NCBI GenBank assembly: GCA_963700665.1
Contig: CAVOYK010000001.1
Span: 542,958-606,957 of the forward strand
Origin: an uncultured Actinomycetes bacterium
GTDB taxonomy: Bacteria; Actinomycetota; Coriobacteriia; Anaerosomatales; PHET01
Direction of reading: 5' to 3'
DNA length: 64,000 bases
This document shows, piece after piece, positions 53,346-64,000 of the stretch. Position numbers and translations under genes: made by a program. The first letter of the stretch is position 1; each line of letters begins with the position of its first letter. Below the pieces are notes generated by a model. That model saw only the letters and a program-made list of their open reading frames with translations, made no database searches and had not been told where the DNA came from.

Positions 53346-54476
53346 CTACGTTCGCGCCTGAGCGCTGCTCGCCCTCACCGCTTCGATCGCCAGCTTGTAG
53401 CGCTCGGCGACCTCAGACGGCTCGAAGCGCCTCACCAGTTCACGGTTGGCCAGCCCCATCGCTGTGGCGAGCGCGGGGTCCTCCTTGAGTCGCACCAGCG
53501 CGGCGCGCAGACTTGCTGCGCTCTTTGTCTCGACGAACAGCGCATTGCGGCCTTCCTCCAGGTGGTCGCGCAGACCGCGTATCCCGGTGCACACGATTGG
53601 AAGCCCGAACCCCATCGCCTCAGATACCACCGTAGGAAACCCTTCCGAGTAGGACGGGAGTGCAAGCACGTCCGCGTGCCGGTACTGCTCCGCGAGCGCT
53701 TCACCCTCGGCAGCTCCCAAGAAGGTAACCCGATCGGCGAGCCCCAGATCGGCCACTCGTCTGGCAAGCGCTGCTCGGACGGGTCCGTCCCCCACGAGCG
53801 TGGTCTCGAGCGCACCTTTGCCATCAACGTCGGCAGCGGCCTCCACAAGCTCGAACACGCCCTTGTCGCGAACGAGTCTTCCAACGAACAAGACTCTGAA
53901 CCGACCGTCCTCGGCGATTCTCGGCGCCTCGCCGAGGCATGCGGGGTCGTACGGATTGTCGACGACCTGCACGCTCGTTTCGGGACGGAACCGCTCGAGA
54001 GCCTCCCTCTCCTGTGAGGACAGTACGAAGACGCCGTCCACGTGGACGAGGAGCGAACGGACGGCGACCTTGAACAGCCAGTCGCCGCGAGCCATCAGTC
54101 GGTCGCTCTGGCTCCCGTGGGGATGCAGCACTACGGTCGGGACGTACGGCCTGATCGAGCGCGCAAGAACGATGTCGCGAGTGACGCTCTTCCAGTCAAG
54201 TCCGGACTTGATCACCACGAAATCCGGTTCAGACGCCCTGATTCTCGCCGCAAGTTCTTTGGCGTCGCGCGAGCGCGCGAAGACCTTGCCGACGAGACCC
54301 TCCGAGTCGCTGCGCTTGCCCCATGGCCAGACCTCGACAGACCAGCCCACCGCGTTGAGCCCCTCAGCCAGCCAGGATGCGATTCGGGGCACTGAGCCCA
54401 TCGTGTGCGGATGTGGAGCCAGTATCACTCCTCGCACAAGGTCACCTGCTCCCACATTCGTCGGCCGACGAACCAT
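53346..54476 (-). CDS. Glycosyltransferase family 4
   Basis: LFVGRLVRDKG, VGDGP and LPSYSEGFPTVVSEAM. Confidence 0.92.
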   Translation of the reverse strand: MVRRPTNVGAGDLVRGVILAPHPHTMGSVPRIASWLAEGLNAVGWSVEVWPWGKRSDSEGLVGKVFARSRDAKELAARIRASEPDFVVIKSGLDWKSVTRDIVLARSIRPYVPTVVLHPHGSQSDRLMARGDWLFKVAVRSLLVHVDGVFVLSSQEREALERFRPETSVQVVDNPYDPACLGEAPRIAEDGRFRVLFVGRLVRDKGVFELVEAAADVDGKGALETTLVGDGPVRAALARRVADLGLADRVTFLGAAEGEALAEQYRHADVLALPSYSEGFPTVVSEAMGFGLPIVCTGIRGLRDHLEEGRNALFVETKSAASLRAALVRLKEDPALATAMGLANRELVRRFEPSEVAERYKLAIEAVRASSAQART

Positions 54477-55680
54477 CCATGCGCGCTTTCAGTCTGGCGA
54501 AACCCGCGCGCGAGCGGTCCTGAACCGACGGTAGCACCTCGACCAAGCTTCTCCGGATCGCGGCTGACTCCCCAAGTAGCTCAGACAGCCGCTGCGCGAG
54601 GACGTCTGTGGAGAGTGCATCGAACCCGATCACGAACCGGTCGTGACCGAACACATCCTGGTTCACCCCAACCGCTTTGGCCGAGTAGCCAAGGCTGATC
54701 GTCGGAACGCCCTGAGACATCGCTGCAATGGTCGCATGGGTGCGAGCTCCCACGAAGGCCGACAACTGGCCCACGACGCCCTTGACTTGGAGTGCGTTCA
54801 TTCCTGGAGGAAGCACGGTCACTCTCGAACGCACGCTCGGCTGCAGGGACTCCCATGCGCCCACGAGAAGAGCTCGATCGTCGCTTTCGCCGACGGTCAC
54901 GTGCGGTACGAGCACGAACGGTTCTGAAAAGTCCGCGCACAACCGCGTGATCATCTCCGCACAGCGCCCACGCCACTGCACGTGGTCGAGTCCGAGCTTC
55001 GCACCGATCAGCGGTGAGAAGTTCAGCCCCACAGCCCCCGAAAGCCCGTCGATGTCCACACCCTCAAGAGTCGAGGGCATGAGAAATGCGGGGTCGGACA
55101 TCCGGAAGACCTTCGACCCGAGGCCAAGAGCGTCGAGGTAGCCGGCGGTGACATCCTCACGCACGAACACACAATCGGTCTTGCTGAGTTCCGCTGCGGC
55201 CATGCGTTCGTAGTCGATGTCGGCCGAGAACGGTCCGATCGACGCCCCCCACATCATCAGGGGGACCTCGGCGTCGAGAAAGACGCGGTTCGCCGCGAAG
55301 AATACGTCGGGGGGACCGTAGTCGAAGGTGTAGTTGTCCCCACCCAAGGCGAGGGCCATACTCGCACGCCTCTCGGCACCGAGATGAAGAAACGGTGAGA
55401 TCACTCCCGGCCTGCGCGTCGGGTGCAGGCGCTGCGCAAGCCGTCGCGCAACGCGAGTGCCGGTGCTCGCGAGTGCGTCACGCAGCGACGTGTCCACGGA
55501 GACGCTGACCCCGGAGACCTCTGCAACCAACTCCGCGCTGAAAGGCAGCCGCGCAGGCATGAACGTCAGGTGCTCGACCCCCTGCTCGGCGAGCCCGCAC
55601 GCCGTACCAAGGTCGATCGCCTGGCAACCGAGGTTGTCGTGCGACCCGTTTCCGAACAGCACTATCGGCCCATGCTCCAC
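54442..55680 (-). CDS. Polysaccharide pyruvyl transferase family protein
   Basis: NLGCQAI, GGDNY..DY, WGASIGPF, VRE..T, SDPAF and GARTHATIAA...VPT...YS.K. Confidence 0.9.
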   Translation of the reverse strand: MEHGPIVLFGNGSHDNLGCQAIDLGTACGLAEQGVEHLTFMPARLPFSAELVAEVSGVSVSVDTSLRDALASTGTRVARRLAQRLHPTRRPGVISPFLHLGAERRASMALALGGDNYTFDYGPPDVFFAANRVFLDAEVPLMMWGASIGPFSADIDYERMAAAELSKTDCVFVREDVTAGYLDALGLGSKVFRMSDPAFLMPSTLEGVDIDGLSGAVGLNFSPLIGAKLGLDHVQWRGRCAEMITRLCADFSEPFVLVPHVTVGESDDRALLVGAWESLQPSVRSRVTVLPPGMNALQVKGVVGQLSAFVGARTHATIAAMSQGVPTISLGYSAKAVGVNQDVFGHDRFVIGFDALSTDVLAQRLSELLGESAAIRRSLVEVLPSVQDRSRAGFARLKARMDGSSADECGSR

Positions 55681-57051
55681 CTAGACGCCAAACCTCCTCA
55701 TGACAGACACCACACCGTCGGTCATTCGCACGAACGCCCGTATTCCGCTCGACTCGAGCATTCGGGACTTCGACAGAGGGACCGAGAATCGTTGCGTCCT
55801 AGCGGCAACCCACGCGTCGACCCACCAACGCAGACGGTCGCTCGCGCGTGCGGGACCCGAACCGCCAACACGTTTCCATCCACTCGCCTCGCGTCCCCAC
55901 ACGTTCGTTCTGCTCAGGCGCTGCGCGAGTCCGGCCCGCTTCCACGCGAACGCGTCCTTCTGGCTCATCATGACTTCATCGGCGCCGACAGGACTGCGAG
56001 AGATCCTGCTGTCGAGACGTCCGAAGATCTCATCGGCAAACTCGGATCGACTCACTACGATCGAGGTACCCCTCCAGTCCGATGAGAACCGTGGCAGCCA
56101 GGCATCCATCAGACCGACGTCTGCGCACTCGGCGGTCATGTCGTCGCAGTACAGACAGGCTTTCATCGAGAACCATTTGTGGCTCCAGAACCCCGCAACG
56201 TCTTCAAGCCAGTCAAGCGTCACCGACGTCCCGTTCCCATCGGCGTCATGCGACTCCAGCGTAACGGCGAAATCCGATGCGGGCCGGCCCTCCCTCTTGA
56301 CGCGATAGCGTGCAACTCGAGTCCGCTCGGGATCGAGTCCGGCTCTCTGGCCGATGAACTGCCAGAAGTCGGGCCGCTTCGTCTGCCCGCACGCGAGGCC
56401 AACGACGCCGACGACATGCTCGCCAAACGACGGCACCCTGTTGCACAACAAGCGAATGCCCTTCGCAACACAGGGCACCGCCACTACGACGAATCTCTCG
56501 TTGGTGCGTGCAAGTTCGGTCAGACAGTCCGCGAGGCTGAGGGGTGCATAGCGCGAACCGGCATGTGCGGCTACGTCGTGTTCGTCGCGGCAGATCACGT
56601 AGCTCGCGACGTCCATGTCCGGACCCGAGGCGATGATGGCTGCGTCGGCCCGACGAGACGCCAGAACCTCTTGGACGAAGAGCGTACCGATACCCCCTGA
56701 AGAGCCTGCCAGTCGAACGTCCGTATCGGTCGCCGCTGCGCCGAACGTCTCCCGGAACGACCCGATGCCGGGCGCGCTATCGCCTGTGCCGAACTGCGCA
56801 GCCGCGATGTCGTCCTCGTTCGGATTGCCGGGCCAGAAGGGGCACACGGCGAGACAGGTCCCGCACGCCTCCTCGCAGGCCCCGTCGGCCAGACTCGGCA
56901 CGCTCGCGCCGCCGTGGGCTCCCACCATGTTCAGCTGCCCGTGTCGACAAGCGGCCACACAGACGCCGCATCCGATGCACATCCCCCGGCGCACGATCTG
57001 TGCGACCACATCCCCCTTTCGCGGCCATTTCGGGCTCTCAGGTGCCGTCAC
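55681..57051 (-). CDS. Fe-S protein with coenzyme F420 hydrogenase beta-subunit (FrhB/FdhB)-like domain
   Basis: CIGCGVCVAAC, C...CGTCLAVCP, SSGG, GSRY, VPC, GLAC, C..CDD..AE.AD..L.DAW. Confidence 0.88.
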   Translation of the reverse strand: MTAPESPKWPRKGDVVAQIVRRGMCIGCGVCVAACRHGQLNMVGAHGGASVPSLADGACEEACGTCLAVCPFWPGNPNEDDIAAAQFGTGDSAPGIGSFRETFGAAATDTDVRLAGSSGGIGTLFVQEVLASRRADAAIIASGPDMDVASYVICRDEHDVAAHAGSRYAPLSLADCLTELARTNERFVVVAVPCVAKGIRLLCNRVPSFGEHVVGVVGLACGQTKRPDFWQFIGQRAGLDPERTRVARYRVKREGRPASDFAVTLESHDADGNGTSVTLDWLEDVAGFWSHKWFSMKACLYCDDMTAECADVGLMDAWLPRFSSDWRGTSIVVSRSEFADEIFGRLDSRISRSPVGADEVMMSQKDAFAWKRAGLAQRLSRTNVWGREASGWKRVGGSGPARASDRLRWWVDAWVAARTQRFSVPLSKSRMLESSGIRAFVRMTDGVVSVMRRFGV

Positions 57052-58157
57052 GGAACTCGACTCCCCTTTCCGCGAGCTCCCGAACCACACAGCCGAACCG
57101 CTCGGACCAGTTGTTGCGGCGAGCGAACTCCCGCAACTCCTGCCTGTCCTCCACCGACAGGCCCCGAGCCCGCTCGACCGCGTCACGCATCGCGTCGAGC
57201 GAGCCGTCAACCCGATAGACGCCGAAGTGGTCTTCCAAGCTCGGAAGCATGGACGATATGGCCGGAGCGCCTGCGAGAAAGTAGTCGTAGATCTTGGTGG
57301 GCAGAACGCCGGCCGTGAAGGCATCGAGCCGATAGGGTACGACGCCGGCCACAGCATCGGCGAGAGCCCCGGGTATCTCGTGCCCCGGTAGCCATCCCAA
57401 CGTGTGTGTGCCGTGGCCGAACTCCCCGGCGCGCGCGTGACCTATGATCCTCACATCGGTGCCTGTCGCATCCGCCACCGTGTGCAAGAACGCGACATCT
57501 ACCGCAGGGTTCATGGACCCGACGTAGTAGAAGTGCCGACGCGGCGCCTCCCAGCTCGGTTCGAACTCGATGTCCTTGCTGCCGTGAGGTATCAAGACGA
57601 TGTCGTCTCTGACCCCCGCCCAGTCGGCGAGACTCGTCCGCGTGTCAACGGTGACCAGCAGAGCGCCACTCACCATAGAGCGCATGGACTCTCTGTCCAC
57701 CGTAGCGTAGGTCTCGCTGTGCAGGAACCGCTCGGGCATGTCGAACCAGTACGGTACCTCCAGACGCTTCAGAACCTCCGCCCACACCTCGGTGGGCGCG
57801 CCAACATAGATGAAGTCTGGCCCCCCCGCCCCGAACTCCTTGCGGATGGCCTTGATCACCCGGTCGGCGTTGCGCGCTATCACATCCGGCCGAGAACTCG
57901 GAATCTGTAGCCAGCGCACGAACTTCGGGGTGGTTCGAGCGGCAGCGCGTCCGGTTGGTACAGGACGCCGAGCTATGTTCCTCAGACGACCGACGAACCC
58001 TCGATGGGGTGATGGTGCCTCCCGCAGCCCGCTCGACGTATACGACCCTGCCAACCCCCATCAACCGGGTTGTGAACTCCTGCTGTCTTTGCCACAGGTC
58101 GAACCACTCGGAACCGAGGAAGGAACCAAGAACGGCGATTCTGTTCACCGCAGTCAC
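57038..58157 (-). CDS. Glycosyltransferase, GT-B (TuaH-like; frameshift near 58010)
   Basis: WFDLWQRQQ, YVE, IPHG, YYVGSM and PTKIYDYFLAGAP. Confidence 0.8.
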
Positions 58158-58158
58158 G

Positions 58159-59574
58159 CTACACATCCTCGTCGTAGTTCGGCTTCAGGAACAGGATCGT
58201 CGAGTAGAAGCCGATTCCAAGCAGACTGAAGCCCTCCCATGGATTCGCGTACACGGCCCCGATGGTCATGAACCCGAACCATATCGCGAAGACGCGCCAG
58301 TCTGCCCCGGGGAAGTCGTCGCGGCGGCAGCGGCGCATGATCGCCACACCCGTCGCGATCACGAACGCGAAGTACGTTACGAGCCCAACGATGCCGTACT
58401 CGACCAGCGAGGCGGTGACTTGGGTGGGGTACGGGATGAACACAGGGGCATCCAAGCGCGACACGGCCCCTGCGGCGGCCAAGCGAAGACCGGTCGCGAA
58501 CTCGATAGCCATCGGCGTGTTGAGATTCGCTGCCGCACCGCTGGCGGCAGAGGCGGGACCGACGCCGAGTGGTGCGAAGGCAGAGTAGCGCTGCGTGAAG
58601 CCCCATCCGTACCCCAGATAGGCGAGCCGCGGAACGCGTCCGGGCTCGAGCACCGTCTGCTCCCGGACGAGCGTCTCCACCTCGAAGCCGCCACCCAGGT
58701 CGGCACGATACGACGGCAAGGCGTAGTAGAGCACCGGAGCCACAAGCAGGAAGCCCGCAACGACTATCGCAACGCGGCGCCCGATACTGCCCATTCCACT
58801 CTCGGTCACAAACACGAAGGCCGCGCCAACCGGTGAGAGCAACAACGGAAGTCGTGCACTGCACATGAGCATGACCAGGATCGCGGCCAAGGCGACGAGC
58901 AGCAGAGACGATCTTCTCCGCTTCGAGTACTGAGCGACCGAATGGACCAGCAGCGCGAGCATCAGAACGCCGAGTACGTTCGCGCCCCCTACACCGAGCG
59001 TCCCCGTCACGAGGTCGGGGTCGGTCGTAGCTCCTCCCCCGACGAAGTACTGCCAGAACGCGACCGGGATCTGGAACAGCACGAACCAGCACGCGACCTT
59101 CCACGCAACTCCGCGGTCCCGGTCCACATCCTCTACGAGCAAGGCGGTCGAGACGACCAGAACCGGCAGAATGAACATTCCACGAAGCCCGGAGAACAGT
59201 CCGATGACTGAGCCCCGATTGACCGCCCACGACACGATGGACTCAGCCGCGAACAGCCCGGCCAGTACCCACGCCGCCTTCTCCTTGAGTACCCAGTGGT
59301 CCCTGCGACCCTTCTGAACAGCAGCCGCAACGACTACGGCCAGAACGAGCAGCTCTATCGCGTTCGCATAGAGACCACTCACGCCAATCAGTTCGAGCAC
59401 TGCGAAACGAACGCCACCCCACAGCAGCAGCCCCACGCCGGCAAGATACGGACGCCTCACCGCAAGCGGAAGTAGTAGTAGTGCGAGAGCCGCTCCGACG
59501 GCGAGCAGTGGCGAGACCGCGACCGCGACCCCCAACAGAATCGCCAAGACGACGATCAGCAAGACCCTGCTCAT
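58159..59574 (-). CDS. Wzy-like polysaccharide polymerase / O-antigen ligase family membrane protein
   Basis: About 12 hydrophobic segments, GTLG...N, LGVGP and EYGIVG; located in a glycan locus. Confidence 0.7.
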   Translation of the reverse strand: MSRVLLIVVLAILLGVAVAVSPLLAVGAALALLLLPLAVRRPYLAGVGLLLWGGVRFAVLELIGVSGLYANAIELLVLAVVVAAAVQKGRRDHWVLKEKAAWVLAGLFAAESIVSWAVNRGSVIGLFSGLRGMFILPVLVVSTALLVEDVDRDRGVAWKVACWFVLFQIPVAFWQYFVGGGATTDPDLVTGTLGVGGANVLGVLMLALLVHSVAQYSKRRRSSLLLVALAAILVMLMCSARLPLLLSPVGAAFVFVTESGMGSIGRRVAIVVAGFLLVAPVLYYALPSYRADLGGGFEVETLVREQTVLEPGRVPRLAYLGYGWGFTQRYSAFAPLGVGPASAASGAAANLNTPMAIEFATGLRLAAAGAVSRLDAPVFIPYPTQVTASLVEYGIVGLVTYFAFVIATGVAIMRRCRRDDFPGADWRVFAIWFGFMTIGAVYANPWEGFSLLGIGFYSTILFLKPNYDEDV

Positions 59575-61058
59575 CCGGCACGCTCCGCGCCGCCGCCTCG
59601 CCCAAGCAGAAGTGAGACTCCCCTGACCCTCAGCAGTGCCATCCCAACCACGATCAGAACCGCAGCCACGGTGCCGACCAGTAGCGGTGGTGCCGAAGCG
59701 AGTGAAGCTGCATACGCCACGACGACACCCGTGACCGCCGACACCACGAGATCGCGCAGGTCCACGAGTGAGAAGGAACCGTCTTTCACCCCGAGGAACA
59801 CGCAGTAGCCCAGGGCGGCCGCAACGAATCCGCAGACCGTCCCGATCACCAGGCCGATCGCACCAAGCCGCTCGACCAGCGCGGACTTCACTGCAAGGTT
59901 GACGCCCAAAGCGAGCCCGAGAAACCCGACGTGCCACCAATACGCACCCGAGTACTGCAGCCGCCGGGGAGCAATCTGCATGATGGCGAGGGCCGGCAGG
60001 CCGACAGCGAACACCGACAGCATCGTGGAGGTGAGCCGCGCCGAATCGACTCCGAAGTTCCCACCCAGGAACAGCAGATCGATCAGGGATCCCGCAGCGA
60101 TGAACAGACCAGCCGCCACGGGCACCATGAGGGCGGCGCCATTGCTCACAGCCAGACCGGTGTAGCGTCGCCCTTCCTTCGTGCTGGTCATCCGCGGGAA
60201 TACCTGCAGGCCGATCACGGTCAGACCCGATGAGACCGTGACCTGCACTATCCGGTCGGCCAAGAGATAGCAGGTCACGGCGCCAACCCCGGCTGCCTTC
60301 ATGTACCACCGGTCGAGCAGAACTCCAGACTGGGACAGCACCACGGCTGACAGGACGGCCGGCAGGCCTGACGACACTCTGCGGGCGAGCCGTCCTGGCT
60401 CTTGGACTCTCCCGTTGAACTGCATGTGGAGCTTGTCGAGTGCGACTGCGGTCCACGCGAGGGCGGCCTGCGCGGCTCCACCTAGAGCGAATGCGAGGTA
60501 GATCCCGCCCGGCAGCGAACGAAGCCCCAGCCAAAGCGCCGCGACGAACACGACGTTGCTCGCGGCCTGTGATGCGAGGAACCACGATTGGCGTCGCGAC
60601 GAGACCAGATACGGCTGGGTCGCGAAGGACAGGCCGTATGCAACAGCGCCAACGCCCACAGACACCACCGCAGCCAAATCAAGCGGCGCAGAGGCCCACA
60701 GCCCGATCGTCCGAGCAAACGGCAACGACAGCGCCACGAGAGCACTCACTACAGCGAACGACACCGCGAGGACGCGCCCTACCCCGCGTGATACACCGTC
60801 TGCGCGCAGATGCTCTGCGATCTCGGGCACGAGAAGCGCCGTGACGACCACACCGAACATGGCAGCCACGGACATCGGTACGGTTGTGACGAGGTAGTAG
60901 TCGTCGAGCGCCACGCCCGCGCCGTACAGCTGGACGACGTATCTGTTCTGCAGGTACGTGAGTACCGCAACAAGAACCGCCAACGATCCCAGCACGAACC
61001 ACGTTCGTCGTCTGTCTAGCACGGAGCGGACTCCCGCAACGAGTCGGCGTACCTGCAT
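59571..61058 (-). CDS. MurJ/Wzx-type flippase
   Basis: YGAG..LD.Y, LLDRW, ADR, FP and LF.GGNF....T; many TM helices. Confidence 0.8.
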   Translation of the reverse strand: MQVRRLVAGVRSVLDRRRTWFVLGSLAVLVAVLTYLQNRYVVQLYGAGVALDDYYLVTTVPMSVAAMFGVVVTALLVPEIAEHLRADGVSRGVGRVLAVSFAVVSALVALSLPFARTIGLWASAPLDLAAVVSVGVGAVAYGLSFATQPYLVSSRRQSWFLASQAASNVVFVAALWLGLRSLPGGIYLAFALGGAAQAALAWTAVALDKLHMQFNGRVQEPGRLARRVSSGLPAVLSAVVLSQSGVLLDRWYMKAAGVGAVTCYLLADRIVQVTVSSGLTVIGLQVFPRMTSTKEGRRYTGLAVSNGAALMVPVAAGLFIAAGSLIDLLFLGGNFGVDSARLTSTMLSVFAVGLPALAIMQIAPRRLQYSGAYWWHVGFLGLALGVNLAVKSALVERLGAIGLVIGTVCGFVAAALGYCVFLGVKDGSFSLVDLRDLVVSAVTGVVVAYAASLASAPPLLVGTVAAVLIVVGMALLRVRGVSLLLGRGGGAERAG

Positions 61059-61248
61059 GGCAAGACCACGCGCGCCTACGCCCACTCGCCTCCCTTCGAC
61101 AAACTCGCAGATATCGTATCGTGAAAGCGTGAGATCCAACGGCGGTGCCGGTGCATGTATTGTATCGTGGATTCGGAGCGGCGACCGTCGCGGCCTCGCA
61201 CTCGATTCGCTCCCGCTCGTGAGCCAGGGTCAACGGGGAAGAAGACTG

Positions 61249-62016
61249 ATGACGTTCCGGCGAGTCCACGTAGCAGGCCTGAGCGTCACAGATCTTGATG
61301 TGAACTCGGTGGTGGGACAACTCGTCGTCGACGCAACCGAGCGCGTCCCCCGTGTATACGTCTTCGTCAACGCCTTCTCGGCCACGCTCCGCCGCAGCGA
61401 CTCGGCGTACGCGGCACTCCTCGACGATGCAGCCGTCCTGCCCCTCGCCGACGGCGCTCCGGTCGCATTCGGCGCCCGTCTCACTGGGCAAGGACACGTC
61501 GGCCGCGCGCCAGGCCCTGACGTCTTCGAAGCCGCGTGCACCGCTGCGGCCACCCGAGGGGTGACGTTCGCCCTCGTCGGCGGTATGCCGGGTACGGTGG
61601 AACAGCTCGCTACGCAGCTGCGCAGCAGACACCCGGGCCTGCGCATCGTCCTCGAGGTCACACCTCCCGTCGGGACGTGGACCCGGGACCAGACCGACGC
61701 TCTCGTGGAGGCTATCCGTGAGAGCGAAGCCGATGTGGTGTGGCTCGGCGTCTCTGCGCCCCGGCAGGAGACGTGGGCCGTCGATAACATCGCCGCGATC
61801 GGGCGGCCCGTACTCTGTGTCGGTGCAGCGTTCGACTTCTTGGCGGGGAACAAGCCCCGGGCTCCGCGTTGGATGCGACAGATCGGCATGGAGTGGCTCT
61901 TCAGGCTGGCAAGCGAGCCCTCGCGGTTGTGGCGACGCTATCTTGCGGGCAACGTCGTCTTCCTCGCAGATCTGGTGCGCTTCAGGTCCGGCGGGACCGA
62001 CGAGCGCGAGCGGTAG
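61249..62016 (+). CDS. WecG/TagA/CpsF glycosyltransferase
   Basis: ADG, GPD, VWLGVSAPRQE, VGAAFDF.AG..RAP.W....G.EW.FRL..EP.RLW.RY. Confidence 0.93.
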   Translation: MTFRRVHVAGLSVTDLDVNSVVGQLVVDATERVPRVYVFVNAFSATLRRSDSAYAALLDDAAVLPLADGAPVAFGARLTGQGHVGRAPGPDVFEAACTAAATRGVTFALVGGMPGTVEQLATQLRSRHPGLRIVLEVTPPVGTWTRDQTDALVEAIRESEADVVWLGVSAPRQETWAVDNIAAIGRPVLCVGAAFDFLAGNKPRAPRWMRQIGMEWLFRLASEPSRLWRRYLAGNVVFLADLVRFRSGGTDERER

Positions 62017-62033
62017 GCGCGATCCGAAGCACC

Positions 62034-63820
62034 CTAGAACCCGAGGACTGGAATCATCTCGGAAATGCCCCACCCGAAGTACTGGTCCAGGAAGTACGCC
62101 GCAACGGCGAGAACCGCAAGCACGGCGAGGAACGCCAGGACTCCCACGAGGACGCGCCTGACGAAACGCGCGATTCGGCGGCCCGGCGTGACCTCTGCGA
62201 CCCATCCCTCGGTCTGTGCCCCACCAGAAAGCTCCTTGGCCGGCCTGGACGCGCCGTACTCGGACTGATGGTAGTAGTAGCCCCCGGTGTAGTAGCCGTA
62301 GCCGTATCCCGCCCGGTTCTTCGACTCGTCCAGGCCCCACACGACCACGCCGATGATGCGCGCCTTCACCTTGCCCAAGAGCTCGACCGACTTCTGGGCA
62401 GCCTCCCGCGTGGACTCTCCGGCCTTGCTGACGATCACAACTCCGTCCACCCAGCGCGAGACCGATACCGGATCTGCGACCGCGAGCACGGGAGGCGTGT
62501 CGATGATCACCCAGTCGCCCCACTGCTTGAGGCTCTCGATGATCTCCTGCATCTTGGCCGAGCCCAGCAACTCGTTGGGATTGGGCGGCATCTTGCCGGC
62601 GGTCAAGACGAGCAGCTGCTCATCGCCCGGTCTTTGAAGCGCCGACTTCAGCGAGTGCGTGCCGAGCAGCACCTCCGAGAGGCCCACTGCGTTGTTCACC
62701 GAGAAGAACTGCTCGGTGGTCGGTCGACGGAAGTCGCACGAGACCAGCACGACCTTCTTCCCGGTCTGCGTCAACGACATCGCGAGGTTCGCCGCGACCG
62801 ATGACTTGCCCTCGGCAGGCGCGGCGGAGGTGACCATCAGCGTGTGCAGATCGTGCTCGAAGTTGATGAAGTCCAGCGAGTTTCGAATCACTCGGTAGGC
62901 CTCGGAGGCTGCGGAACCCGGAGCCTCGACGATCGTAAGCCGGCGCTTGACGCCCTTCTCGAATCGCTCCACCGGAACGATTCCGAGGACCGTGGCGCCG
63001 TAGAGCTTCTCGGCTTCGTCGGTCGACTTGATGGTGTTGTCGAGGTACTCGTACAGGAAGGCCATCCCGACTCCGAGCAGCCAAACCGACGAGCAACCCA
63101 AGCGCGGTGTTTCGAACCGGGTTGGGCTCGATCGGCTCAACCTCTACCACCGCCGCCTGCACCACGACGCCCGATCCGCTCTCAAGTCGCTCGTTGATGC
63201 GGAGTTGCTCGAGCTTCTCGGCGAGCGTCGAGTACGTGCCGGTGGCGATGGCAAGCTCGGCCGCGAGCTCATCGGACCGGCCGCTCTGCTGAATCCTGCG
63301 CCCCAGCGCCAAGATCTCGTCTCGCGACTGGTCCAGCCGCTGCTGCACCTCGTCCACTGCCTCTTGGAGAGAGGCTCGCTTGCGGTCTCTGGAAGCCGCG
63401 ACGTACTCCTCGGCCATCGTGTTCGCTACGTCGGCCGCCTCTTCGGGAACGGGCGCGGTGACCTCGATCGCAATGACGTTCGTCTGGCCGATCGCCCCGA
63501 CCTCCACCCGCTTGAGCAGATCATCGGGCGTCTCCTCGAGCCCGAGCTTCTTGATCGTCGCTTCGGCGACGGGCCGAACCTCGACGAGCTGCACCTGAGT
63601 CTGGAGCGCCCGCTCGGGCTGGCTCGAAAGTTCAGGCAAGCACCGCGCCGAAGATCGCAGCTCCGGCGTCCTTCTCGGAGATGAGGACCTTCGCCTGCGC
63701 CGAGAAGACCTTTGGCTGAAGCAGGGAGACGGCCAGCGCGACGCAGGCCACGATCAGTGTTGCCAGGATGATGATGCCGCGCCGCGCGCTGATAACGTTG
63801 AGGTAGTCGCGTAGTTCCAA
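62034..63820 (-). CDS. Wzc-like co-polymerase / tyrosine autokinase (indels near 63640 and 63090)
   Basis: TTG start ELRDYL, P..P.P.RN, SEAYR.IR, AEGKS, DFRRP, IIDTPP and Tyr cluster GYGYGYYTGGYYY. Confidence 0.9.
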
Positions 63821-63857
63821 GGCCTGCTGGCACCCTTCCGGGAGGGGTCTCGGCGAG

Positions 63858-64000
63858 CTACTCGCCCGCGTTCGAGCCGGTCTCGTTGAAGCGCGCGATG
63901 AACCACATGTCGTCACCCTCGACCTGGGTCCGAATCGCTACAAGGTCAGCGTACCTCTTTTCGGCCCCAGACATCATCTCCAACGGAATCAAGACCGTAT
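63858..64000 (-). CDS. 3' end of an unidentified protein (partial)
   Basis: Reads ...YADLVAIRTQVEGDDMWFIARFNETGSNAGE-stop just upstream of the wzc-like gene. Confidence 0.35.
   Translation of the reverse strand, partial: TVLIPLEMMSGAEKRYADLVAIRTQVEGDDMWFIARFNETGSNAGE

Noticed and set aside
2946-61889. Long antisense or alternate-frame ORFs (e.g. 2946-4358 +, 11870-13549 +, 21356-23086 +, 27575-28852 +, 61230-61889 -)
   Set aside because: They are shadows of well-supported genes in high-GC DNA and contain no recognisable motifs.
4319-63820. Widespread frameshifts as mass pseudogenisation or programmed frameshifting
   Set aside because: They hit essential genes (trpS, scpAB, nuo), are single-base and often lie in short runs, while the motifs stay intact on both sides. 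Assembly error is the simpler explanation.

Overview
High-GC bacterial chromosome segment. Gene content and style suggest an anaerobic actinobacterium, probably Coriobacteriia (inference only). Many genes carry single-base indels, including essential ones; these are best read as long-read assembly errors. Left to right: (1) a minus-strand housekeeping run with an aminotransferase, cobC/S/T/U, rluB, scpBA, trpS, an M50 protease, a DHH-CBS tRNA nucleotidyltransferase, pdp, deoB and an MshEN PilB ATPase; (2) an FlgM-like gene with a sigma28-type promoter, preceded by a hairpin-rich putative RNA; (3) an 11-subunit complex I operon lacking nuoEFG, whose NuoI has a GltD/NfnB-like flavoprotein inserted into it, behind a Rex-like operator; (4) an ABC-F ATPase and a disulfide oxidoreductase; (5) an accessory region ending at tRNA-Val(CAC), holding a 69-aa secreted diheme cytochrome c, three att-like junctions with integrase C-terminal tips between cargo genes, and a solitary attC with a YoeB remnant; (6) a Wzy-type polysaccharide locus interrupted by a divergent ~3,500-aa repetitive surface protein.
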